In this document: positions 9,383 through 17,635 of the stretch, piece after piece
Layout: each line of letters begins with the position of its first letter
Position numbering within the stretch: position 1 is the stretch's first letter
Origin: a candidate division FCPU426 bacterium
GTDB lineage: Bacteria; Oederibacteriota; Muellerivitia; Muellerivitales; Muellerivitaceae
Direction: 5' to 3'
Length of the DNA: 21,044 nucleotides
Assembly: GCA_963847625.1 (NCBI GenBank)
Contig: CAWKAR010000012.1
Span: 1-21,044 of the forward strand
Notes under the pieces: model-generated
What the model was told of the DNA's origin: nothing
The model's input: only the letters and a program-made list of their open reading frames with translations
Databases searched by the model: none
Made by a program: the position numbers and the translations under genes

Positions 9383-10768
9383 CTATTTGTACTCCGCGTA
9401 CTGGGCTTGAAGCTCGACCTGGGCGGAAATGCCCGAGAGGATGTAGGTCAGGCGATAAAGGTGCCGTGTGTCCCCCCAAAGGTCTTTTTTCACCTCGGTG
9501 GATTCGGTGGCTTCGGGGTCATGCTCGACGATGAGTTTGTCCGCTGAGACTTTCTGCCCGTCCAGGACCAGCGCCCAATCGATGGTCCAGAAGATAGTGT
9601 GGTGTTTCTTCACCCCCTTCGCGGGCGGCACGACGGGCCCTTCGGCCGACTTCACGGTGAAGGAGATCTCGGCCTTGTGGGCGCGCCGGACTCCGGCGTT
9701 GTCGTAGGTGGCGTAGTCGGTGGAGTCGGAGAAGGTCTGCTCGTTCTTCCCCTTCTTCTCATGGGCCACGTTCCCCTGCAATCCCGGCATGCCGAAATAC
9801 TCGAACGCCGGGCGCAGGATGTTCCTTCCCCGTGTCACGACCAGGGGGGAGTAGTAGCGCGTGACGTAGCTGACGTCGTAATAAATGAGGTGGTTGCCCG
9901 GCTCGATCTTGGTGATGCATTTACGCAAGTGGTCTTCCGGATTGCCCTCGAACTGGAGCCGGATCTTGTGGTCCAGCATGACGTCCGTCGTGTCGGTGCG
10001 CACTCCCAGGTCCTCGAAGGTCACCGAGGTGAATTTGAAAGCCAGGAATCCCAGGACCCCTAAGGCGCCGGCCAGCACCAACGCGATCGCGGGAGCGAAA
10101 CGGGGCCAGTTCGTCTGCTTGCGGGCGCCCTGGGGCGCCTGCGGTTTGACGCCGCCTGGCTTATAAGCCTCGAAAATTTCCAGGGGCTCGTCGATCCCCT
10201 TCACCTTGTACCGCCCGTGGGAAACCCAGGCCGCTTCCCCGCCCCGGCCCGCCAGCCATCCCTTGGCCGAGTCGAACACGCTGTAGGTCAGGTAGACGTG
10301 GCCGCCCCCGGCCAACCCCTCCACGCGTGAGGCCCGGTTCACGTGGCGGCCGAAAACGTCCAGGCTCATCTTGTCTTCCAGCGTCACTTGGCCCATGTGG
10401 AGCCCGATGCGAACCAGAAGCGGCGGCTGGTCCGGGTGGGCCGCGTTGTGCTTTCGGAGCGCCTCCTGGATCTCCAGGGCGCGCGCCACGGCCGAGGTGG
10501 GCTCGGCGAAAACGGCCATCACCGCGTCCCCGATGTGCTTGATGACCCGTCCGGCCCCCTCCCGCTCGATGATGGGGACCAGGAGGGCGTCGTGGGCGCG
10601 GCGGACCTCGTTGGAAAAGGCGTCCCCCCGCTCCTCCGTGAGCTTGGTGAAGCCCTGGATGTCCGTGAACATGATGGTCAGAACCGAGGTGTTCCGGCTC
10701 TGCCGGTACTGGTCCACCAGGTTGAGTTCATTTTCGTCGATGTGCAGGTTGAGCGGGACTTCAGTCAT
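9383..10768 (-). CDS. Class III adenylate cyclase with one TM helix and a C-terminal extracytoplasmic domain
   Basis: MFTDIQGFT, IKHIGDAVMA, VRIGLHMG, DVFGRHVNRASRV (metal Asp pair, Lys/Asp adenine selectors and Asn/Arg all present); TM segment FAPAIALVLAGALGVLGFLAF; GGGAG RBS. Confidence 0.92.
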   Translation of the reverse strand: MTEVPLNLHIDENELNLVDQYRQSRNTSVLTIMFTDIQGFTKLTEERGDAFSNEVRRAHDALLVPIIEREGAGRVIKHIGDAVMAVFAEPTSAVARALEIQEALRKHNAAHPDQPPLLVRIGLHMGQVTLEDKMSLDVFGRHVNRASRVEGLAGGGHVYLTYSVFDSAKGWLAGRGGEAAWVSHGRYKVKGIDEPLEIFEAYKPGGVKPQAPQGARKQTNWPRFAPAIALVLAGALGVLGFLAFKFTSVTFEDLGVRTDTTDVMLDHKIRLQFEGNPEDHLRKCITKIEPGNHLIYYDVSYVTRYYSPLVVTRGRNILRPAFEYFGMPGLQGNVAHEKKGKNEQTFSDSTDYATYDNAGVRRAHKAEISFTVKSAEGPVVPPAKGVKKHHTIFWTIDWALVLDGQKVSADKLIVEHDPEATESTEVKKDLWGDTRHLYRLTYILSGISAQVELQAQYAEYK

Positions 10769-10895
10769 GGATCTCCCTTTGGGCTAAATAATCTCACGAG
10801 CGGTTACCCAAAACCAGAAAAAATATGGGTGGCGGCTGGAGAGAAAAGGGAAAGAGCGGCTGGGGAAAAGTGAGAAATGGCTTCAATGGTCTCAA

Positions 10896-10912
10896 TATTG
10901 ATAATATCAATA
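10896..10912. promoter_or_regulatory. Perfect 8-1-8 palindrome, candidate regulator operator
   Basis: TATTGATA-A-TATCAATA in the AT-rich divergent region between the cyclase gene and the 103-aa ORF. Confidence 0.45.
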
Positions 10913-11011
10913 GTTAATGACTATACTAATTCGGTACTTTCAGGAAACCGGCTTCTTCAAAACCCCATGCTTGTAATCATTTTCCATAATGAATCGATCG
11001 GATAGCTTGTT

Positions 11012-11323
11012 ATGCGCCATATTCAAAACGACTATATGAAAGTCATGCTTCAGAACGCCCTGCTTGCCGAGGAGGTGGCTGAGGCGGCTAAACTTCGGCA
11101 ATCGGAAAAGGCCAGGTCCCGGGCCGCCGATGCCGTTGAAAACCTTGAACCTCAAACCGAGGAGCCGATGATTAAAAAGGTTCCTGGAAATGCCGCGGAT
11201 GAGAAAGATGGGTCCGGGAAACCCCGGCAGGGTTCCAGAAACCTTCGTTACCGCACGGACGGGTCCCTAGAAGAGGATGGGGCGGGCCCTCCCGCGCCCC
11301 CGGCCATCGATTTCAGGATCTAA
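11012..11323 (+). CDS. Hypothetical protein (helical N-terminus, disordered middle, C-terminal IDFRI)
   Basis: 103-aa ORF with a protein-like composition that fills the interval between cyclase repeat copies 1 and 2. Confidence 0.6.
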   Translation: MRHIQNDYMKVMLQNALLAEEVAEAAKLRQSEKARSRAADAVENLEPQTEEPMIKKVPGNAADEKDGSGKPRQGSRNLRYRTDGSLEEDGAGPPAPPAIDFRI

Positions 11324-11418
11324 CCGTCCCCTTTAAAAGTCCCTGTATCGTTCCAGTTCATGCCCATTGAAAATACGTCCAAGGTCAAGGATACGGCCTA
11401 ATTAAAAATGCCCGAAAA

Positions 11419-11609
11419 ATGATGGTAGCACCGAGGTGTTCCGGCTTTGCCGGTACTGGTCCACCAGGTTGAGTTCTTTTTCGTCGATGTGCAGGTTGAG
11501 CGGGACTTCAGTCATGGTTCTTAAATAATCTCACGAGCGGCAACCCAAAACCAGAAAAAATAAGGGTCCCATGCCAGGAAAATGGCTTTGGCTAAAGGAA
11601 ATTTGAAAC
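11419..11609 (-). pseudogene. Copy 2: 5' remnant (~32 codons) of the cyclase gene plus its upstream region
   Basis: Near-identical to 10671-10825 (MTEVPLNLHIDEKELNLVDQYRQSRNTSV, ATG at 11515). It lacks the RBS segment and shares extra upstream sequence with 13337-13430. Confidence 0.9.
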
Positions 11610-11962
11610 ATTTGTGGAAAAAGCGGCCTGCCGGGAGCAAGTTTATAAAGGACGGGAATCCATAGCACAGGGGAAAGATTGAAACATATGCGGTTAAAAT
11701 AGTTTAATCTTTAGAAGTGGACACTACAATGAAGGGAAAATTTTCCAGCGACATATCCGGGGAGTAGGTCATCCGGGAAATGCGGATTTAGGGCGGACGC
11801 TGGAAACGTAACCAAGAGAACCGGACTAAGGCCCAGGATGAAAGCTTTGGAAGTGCCACCGGATTCTACCGTGTGCGCGCCAGTACTCTACCCGACTCCG
11901 GTTAATAACTTTGTGATAAATGACGTCAGTATTAAAAATCTTTTGAAACAAGCGGAGGTCCA

Positions 11963-13072
11963 GTGGCGGAAGAAAATACAAGGGGAGCCGGTGAAGGAAT
12001 AAACTCGATCTCCTTTTCTGAAATGATCCGGAACCTTCCAAATGTGGAGATGCTGCTGGATGTCCCGTTTGACGGGATATACATCACGAATTTACAGAGG
12101 CGGATCATCTTCTGGAACAAGGGCGCAGAGAATATCACGGGATTCAGCGCCGCGGAGGTTATGGGACGTCCTTGTTCCGACAATATCCTCAACCATATCG
12201 ACGCGAACGGAAACCTTCTTTGTACGGGATCCTGTCCCCTCCAGCGTTCTATGGACGAAGGGAAGCCTATTCAAGCAAAGATTTTTCCGTTGCACAAGAA
12301 GGGACATCGTTTCCCGGTCTTCACCCACGTCACTCCCCTAAAGGACAACGAAGGCCGCGTGATAGGGGCTATTGAATACTTTCGGGATATCACCAAGGCA
12401 GAGGATCTTCGGCTGCTCCTGCAGAAATTCAACAAGATCATCAAGAGATACGTCTCCTTCGCCAGCTACAGCGAGGCTTTTACCCAGGCATCGACCTCCC
12501 GGGAAGCGAAAGCTGAAGTTCTTGATCTGACGATTCTGTTCCTGGACATCGTGGGGTTCACGGCGTTCGTCGAGACTGAGACCCCTTCGGAAGTGGTCTG
12601 GGCGCTAAACACAATATTCAGTCTTTGCGAGGTGCCGATCCGGGAATGCCGTGGGGATATCGATAAGTTCATGGGGGATGCCGCGCTGGCCGTTTTCAAT
12701 GACGCCAACGATGCCGTCCAAGCGGGCATCCGCATCCAGAAAATCATCCACCGGATAGACGAGGACCGCCTGCAGGAAGGGAAACAGCCCCTCCCTGTCC
12801 GAATCGGCATCAACAGCGGGATGGTGATCCGGGGTGAAGTGGGTTCCTTAACGCGAAAAGAAGTGATGGTCATCGGAGACCCCGTGAATACGGCGGCGCG
12901 CGTGCAAACCATGGCAAAACCAGGCTCGATCTTGGTCACCGAATCGACGTATTCGCGGCTCAAGAATCCTGGGGACTTCAGGGATATCGGCGAGATGCAG
13001 TTGAAAGGAAAAAATGTGAACGTGCGCGTCTTCGAATACTGCGGGTCGGTGGGCGGAGGATTGTCGTTTTAA
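11963..13072 (+). CDS. PAS-domain class III adenylate/guanylate cyclase (soluble)
   Basis: GGAGG before GTG. PAS: DGIYIT..RRIIFWNKGAENITGFSAAEVMGRPC...HKKG.RFPV...PLKD.EG.VIGAIEYFRDIT. Cyclase: FLDIVGFT, IDKFMGDA, VRIGINSG, VIGDPVNTAARVQ. Confidence 0.92.
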   Translation: MAEENTRGAGEGINSISFSEMIRNLPNVEMLLDVPFDGIYITNLQRRIIFWNKGAENITGFSAAEVMGRPCSDNILNHIDANGNLLCTGSCPLQRSMDEGKPIQAKIFPLHKKGHRFPVFTHVTPLKDNEGRVIGAIEYFRDITKAEDLRLLLQKFNKIIKRYVSFASYSEAFTQASTSREAKAEVLDLTILFLDIVGFTAFVETETPSEVVWALNTIFSLCEVPIRECRGDIDKFMGDAALAVFNDANDAVQAGIRIQKIIHRIDEDRLQEGKQPLPVRIGINSGMVIRGEVGSLTRKEVMVIGDPVNTAARVQTMAKPGSILVTESTYSRLKNPGDFRDIGEMQLKGKNVNVRVFEYCGSVGGGLSF

Positions 13073-13084
13073 GGCTGACAAACA

Positions 13085-13336
13085 TCATTTTCTAGGCGGC
13101 GTTTCAGCCTCGTGTGCGCCAGCCCCTTCCCGTTCGATCAGGGGGACCAAGAGGCCGTCGTGGGTGCGGCGGACCTCGTTGGAAAAGGCGTCCCCCCTCT
13201 CCTCCGTGAGCTTGGTGAAACCTTGGATGTCCGTGAACATGATGGTGAGAACCGAGGTGTTCCGGCTCTGCCGGTACTGGTCCACCAGGTTGAGTTCTTT
13301 TTCGTCGATATGCAGGTTGAGCGGGCCTTCAGTCAT
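13085..13336 (-). pseudogene. Copy 3: truncated 5' fragment (~73 codons) of the cyclase gene; upstream homology continues to 13430
   Basis: 13119-13336 aligns without gaps to 10551-10768 (14 codons differ). Homology ends after IEREGAG, before the second catalytic Asp, and the RBS is absent. Confidence 0.92.
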
Positions 13337-13626
13337 GGTTCTTAAATAATCTCATGAGCGGCAACCCAAAACCAGAAAAAATAAGTGTCCCATGCAACGA
13401 AAATGGCTTTGGCTAAAGGGATTTTGGAACTTTTTTGATAAATACAGCCATTGGATACCTGAGAAAGTCGCCCCTGCCTATAAGCAGATTCCCTCATGCC
13501 AGCCCCATCCCACATTTCACCAATAAAACAAATCCCATGATATGGTTTTCATATAATGAGGTTGTCCGCGATATCGCTGATCACAGCCGGAACGCCTAAA
13601 GTTATTTTTAAGGGGTGGGATATAAG

Positions 13627-16455
13627 ATGAAAAACTATTTCCTCTGGCTATTCACCAGCGTGGGTACCCTATTTATACTTATAAGCTTCACGGCTGTCCC
13701 CGCCGAAGTTTCCATCACTCCCCTTCTCGCAGTCTTGGGAAGCGGGATTCTTTTAATCCTTGGAACAACGTTTTATCTATACCGTCCTAAATGGGGCGCC
13801 CTGGTTTCGCTCATCGGTGTTCTATTGATGATCCCCTGGCTGGGAGAGAAATTCCTGGGGTCATTATCGGACTTGGTCGTATGCGGATTGAGTGAAATAA
13901 CGGCTTCATCGTTGGCCATACCCTTCCTTCCTTTGGCCCTGGCACTTTTATCGGGAATAACCACCTATCGAATATTATTCACGCGAAAAGACATTCTATG
14001 GAATTCGACCAATCCCAATGTCACCCTGGTCTTGAAAATCTTCTTAACTCTCATTCCCTTGTCGGGGCTTCTTTGGTGGTATTTCGCGACCCTCTCCGAC
14101 AGCAACCCTTACCCGTCCCTGTTCCCGGGCCAAAAGTTCGCTCTGCCGCGGCAGGAATTGGCAAACCGCGGCAACCGGGAAAACCTCCTGGTCGCGGTGG
14201 CGCCCCTGGCCACTTACAAACTGCCCGCCGACGCGGGGGTTTCCATGCGAGATAAGATCGCCCTGCACATGGAAAAAGACCTGGGGCTCAAGGTGCTCAA
14301 GCTTTCCGCCCCTGTTTCCATGAAGCCCTATCCCCAACCATACGACATCCAGGCGGGCACTGAAAATGCCGAAAAAATACTGGTGGCGTCGGGCGCCGAC
14401 CTGCTTGTTTGGGGCAACGAGGACGTGAAGGGGGACGGGAAGGAATGGACGGTCAATATTTCGGCCTCCGCCAGGGCCCAATGCCTGGCCCGGGACGCGG
14501 GTTTTTCCATCCACGAAACGACCGACCTGGACAACGTGGCCGAGGCGGACCTGCTGGAGGTGCTGGATTGGGCGACCTGGTCCTGGCGGGGCCTGATCCA
14601 GGAAAGCGAGGGAATGTACATCGCCAAGACCATGGAACCCATGGTGAACAAGATCGACACGATCCTGGGGCTGGTCGCCGAAAAACGCATGGGACCCCAG
14701 GCCCTCCTGGCCGTCAAAAGCAACCTGGCTTTCATCCTGAGCGAGTACGGCATTGAAACCAAGGACCCCAAGGCCCTGACAAACGCGATCCGGTTGGCGC
14801 GGGAAACGGTGGCCAAGCCCCAGGTCGAGCCGGAAACCGGGATCTCCATGGCCGATTTGGAGGCCGAAAGCATCCTGGGGCGCAGTCTCTTTACTTTGGG
14901 CACCCTGCAAAACAACCCCCAACTTTTGGCGGAATCCGTCCAGATCGACCAGGAGGCCCTCAAGGGATTGAATCCTAAATACGATAAGGAAAATTGGGCG
15001 GTGATGCAGACCTGCGTGGGCTTCGGGATGGCCCAATTGGGGCAAAAACTGGGCGACCATGAAAAGATCCGCCAGGCGATCCCCATCCTGGAATCCGTCG
15101 AGAAGCTGACAGACCCACGCTTAAAGCCCCACCTGTGGCTATGCATCCAAACCGGGTTAGGGGCTTCCTATACGTTCCTGGGCGTGAATGAAACCAATTT
15201 GGGCGACCTGAAAAAAGCCATTCCTCATTTCCTTTCCGCGGAGCAATACAGTTCCGAGGCCCGAACGCCCGAGGATTACGCCGAAACGGAAACCAACCTA
15301 AGCCAGCTTTATTTCTCCCTGGGAGAAAGGGAACATAGCGCGGAGGACCTGCGCCAGTCCGTGGCGCACGGCCTCAAGGCGGTCGACCTGTTCCGCAGAA
15401 TGGGAAACAACTACGCTCTGGCGTTCAGCTTGTGCAACCTGGGGAAAACCCAGGAGAAATTGTCCTATTTCATCGATGACGACGCCATGTTGGACCTGGC
15501 CCTGAAAAACCTGGCGAAATCCCAGGAACTGGTTCCCCGGGCCCAGGACGTCAACCTCTGGTCGGAGTGCCAGGTCTATAAAGCCATCGGCGGGGAATAC
15601 AAGGGCGCGAAGACCTTCGACCCGGGGACGTTCCAGGAGGCCTCCAACATGATCGAGGGGTTGAAAACTACTTACACCCGGCAAACGGGCAAAACGATGT
15701 GGATCGAGTTATGCATGTTCCAAACGGATATCGAAATTTTGAGGGCCAACCTGGCTTGTGACATCCTGGGGGAAAAGGGGGTCCTCCAGACCTTGGAGGA
15801 TATCCGCGCCGGATTGGACGCGAAGGAAAACGCGCTTCGGGTCGTACAGATTGATGACGGCATGGGAAGGGCCCTGGCCCAGGAGGGGATTAAAGAGAAG
15901 AATCCAGCGTCCCTGCGGAAAGCCATCTCTTTCCTAGAAGAGGCCCTTTCCTTGGCGAACCAGGGGGATCTGGGCCAGATCCAATGCTCCATACGGAGCG
16001 ACCTGGTTTACATCTACGCCAAGTTCCTGACGATGGACCCCAACCCCCAGGTGGCCCAAAAGGCCCGGGAACAACTGGGCCTTTTTGAATCCCATTGCCT
16101 GGCCAGCGAAGTGGTGATGAATGTGGCGAACCACAATTTGGACGCGGCGGAATTGGAGAGGGCGCTCGCCATGGAGACGAGGGACAAGGCGGCCCTTTTG
16201 AAGGGCCGGACCTACGCGGTTTCGTCCTTCAAACTTTACGGGGACCATCACTACCCCTTTTTCGCGGCCAGGTCCCAGAAGGAATTGGGGGATGCGGACC
16301 TCCTGCTGGCCCAATGGACGGGCGATAAAACCGCGCTTCAAAACGCCATGAGGGAATATAAGGAAGCGGAAAAAACCTTCGAATCCTACGGGGGCTGTTG
16401 GGCCAAGGAAGTAAAAGAAAAATTGCTGGAGGCTCAGGAATTGGCGGGAAAATAA
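13627..16455 (+). CDS. Large membrane-anchored TPR-repeat protein
   Basis: About 5 hydrophobic segments in the first ~155 aa, then ~45-47-aa helical repeats of the W/YA..Q.NLG.A...LGE.....L..A+ type (e.g. WAVMQTCVGFGMAQLGQK, YAETETNLSQLYFSLGERE). GTG 13615 is an alternative start. Confidence 0.8.
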   Translation: MKNYFLWLFTSVGTLFILISFTAVPAEVSITPLLAVLGSGILLILGTTFYLYRPKWGALVSLIGVLLMIPWLGEKFLGSLSDLVVCGLSEITASSLAIPFLPLALALLSGITTYRILFTRKDILWNSTNPNVTLVLKIFLTLIPLSGLLWWYFATLSDSNPYPSLFPGQKFALPRQELANRGNRENLLVAVAPLATYKLPADAGVSMRDKIALHMEKDLGLKVLKLSAPVSMKPYPQPYDIQAGTENAEKILVASGADLLVWGNEDVKGDGKEWTVNISASARAQCLARDAGFSIHETTDLDNVAEADLLEVLDWATWSWRGLIQESEGMYIAKTMEPMVNKIDTILGLVAEKRMGPQALLAVKSNLAFILSEYGIETKDPKALTNAIRLARETVAKPQVEPETGISMADLEAESILGRSLFTLGTLQNNPQLLAESVQIDQEALKGLNPKYDKENWAVMQTCVGFGMAQLGQKLGDHEKIRQAIPILESVEKLTDPRLKPHLWLCIQTGLGASYTFLGVNETNLGDLKKAIPHFLSAEQYSSEARTPEDYAETETNLSQLYFSLGEREHSAEDLRQSVAHGLKAVDLFRRMGNNYALAFSLCNLGKTQEKLSYFIDDDAMLDLALKNLAKSQELVPRAQDVNLWSECQVYKAIGGEYKGAKTFDPGTFQEASNMIEGLKTTYTRQTGKTMWIELCMFQTDIEILRANLACDILGEKGVLQTLEDIRAGLDAKENALRVVQIDDGMGRALAQEGIKEKNPASLRKAISFLEEALSLANQGDLGQIQCSIRSDLVYIYAKFLTMDPNPQVAQKAREQLGLFESHCLASEVVMNVANHNLDAAELERALAMETRDKAALLKGRTYAVSSFKLYGDHHYPFFAARSQKELGDADLLLAQWTGDKTALQNAMREYKEAEKTFESYGGCWAKEVKEKLLEAQELAGK

Positions 16456-16590
16456 ACCTCTTTTTTATTTGTCAAGGGACGGCCCTTTGTAACCCCGTGG
16501 AGAATAGTGAATATATAAAAAACCAATGATTCTGATATATCCCTTATCGCTAGCCTTCAACAGGCCTCTTGAATAGATTTTTCAAGCCAG

Positions 16591-16695
16591 AGGGCCAGGA
16601 TTCTTTCGGGGAATTTACGACTTCCTACTGGGCCGGTGCCGCAATGGTGGGGGTCGCCATGTCATTCCCGGGCGTAGGGCTCAAAAGAAACTGTC
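16591..16695 (-). repeat. Diverged 105-bp direct repeat X: 3'-end remnant of a gene plus downstream sequence
   Basis: Aligns with 17419-17523. The minus strand reads RQFLLSPTPGNDMATPTIAAPAQ* versus GQSLLSPTPGNALATPTLAAPAQE*. Confidence 0.85.
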
Positions 16696-16835
16696 TTTAA
16701 ATGTGGATGACCGATAAGCGTTGTTTTCGGACTTTATGGAAATAAAGGGAGACAGAGCGAGGCCACCAGCCGAGTGGTGGTGTTTGGTAGACCCAACCAT
16801 AAATGCCAGTTGGAATCCTTTGTTCACTTACCGGC

Positions 16836-17261
16836 TCAAACGACTTCCACGACCGCACCGGGCACCCCCAACCGGGCCAGGTAAGATCTGGCATAGTCAT
16901 AGGCTTCCGATTTGGGTGCGAAAAGCCTGTCCCCGGCGGTGGATTTTTCGCCTTTCAAGGCAACCTCGGCCTGTTGAACCATTCCGGTAAGCAACGCAAG
17001 CTTTTGCTCGAAATCGGCCACCCTTTTCCGGACCTGGTCGGCCGTTTCGTTGTTTTTGGGGCATGGCAAGCTTTGCGAAAGCAGGTCGTTCACCAAATCG
17101 CTGTATTCCTTTTCCATGCTTTTGTGGTCCGGCAGGTTTTTTGAAATCAAATCGTCCCTTAATTGGGTGAATCTCGTTAGAAAATATTGAGACGACGATG
17201 AAAAGGGGGAAAAATTTTCAATAGCGGCCAAGTATAAGGACAGGCTTGAAATAGGCGACAT
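16836..17261 (-). CDS. Hypothetical alpha-helical protein
   Basis: 141-aa ATG-initiated ORF with an amphipathic/coiled-coil pattern, lying between repeats X and Y. Confidence 0.65.
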   Translation of the reverse strand: MSPISSLSLYLAAIENFSPFSSSSQYFLTRFTQLRDDLISKNLPDHKSMEKEYSDLVNDLLSQSLPCPKNNETADQVRKRVADFEQKLALLTGMVQQAEVALKGEKSTAGDRLFAPKSEAYDYARSYLARLGVPGAVVEVV

Positions 17262-17449
17262 GAACCAACCCCGGGTTTAAAAAGTCAAAACTATCTATAT
17301 TCCCTAACGGATCATTTCTTCCGTTCTTGAGCGCATACTATAAAAATATTCGCGGAACCATTTGTAGACATTTGACCCTTTTAACGGCCGATCTACCAAT
17401 TGAAAATCAGGCTTTTCTAGGACCAGGATTCTTTCGGGGGAATTGCCGC

Positions 17450-17632
17450 TTACTCCTGGGCCGGGGCCGCAAGGGTGGGTGTCGCCAGGGCATTTCCAGG
17501 CGTGGGGCTCAATAGGGACTGCCCTGAGTGCCCGGCGAGACTTGTGGCGATGCACTTGAGTCGCTCACCGCAGGCGTACTGGAGGCCGCCGCCGAGGCCT
17601 GAGAATGACAATACAAACGCATACAAGTACAC
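17450..17632 (-). CDS. Small hypothetical protein or 3' gene remnant (contains repeat Y, 17419-17523)
   Basis: 60-codon ORF. Differences from repeat X are mostly synonymous in this frame, and both copies stop within one codon of each other, which supports past coding selection. Its 5' end abuts the tandem array. Confidence 0.45.
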   Translation of the reverse strand: MYLYAFVLSFSGLGGGLQYACGERLKCIATSLAGHSGQSLLSPTPGNALATPTLAAPAQE

Positions 17633-17635
17633 CAG

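Noticed and set aside
11613..11621. DnaA-box match TGTGGAAAA (and a one-mismatch TGTGGATGA at 16702)
   Set aside because: Isolated 9-mers are expected by chance in 21 kb; they are not clustered and there is no dnaA/dnaN context.
9383..13072. Pycsar/CBASS-type anti-phage cyclase system
   Set aside because: Both cyclases have ordinary signalling architectures (TM sensor, PAS) with the adenine-type Lys, and no cyclic-nucleotide-binding TIR or TM effector gene is adjacent.
10551..13336. Diversity-generating retroelement (TR/VR) explanation for the duplicated cyclase segments
   Set aside because: Mismatches are not adenine-specific, are mostly synonymous and lie at the 5' end of the gene; no reverse transcriptase gene is present.
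14044..15146. 338-aa and 272-aa minus-strand ORFs inside the TPR gene (and similar ORFs opposite the CE4, GH78 and cyclase genes)
   Set aside because: Antisense shadows of GC-rich genes with no independent motifs or RBS support.
10769..17523. Integron cassette array
   Set aside because: The repeats are gene fragments, not attC-like palindromes with RYYYAAC/GTTRRRY ends, and no intI gene is present.
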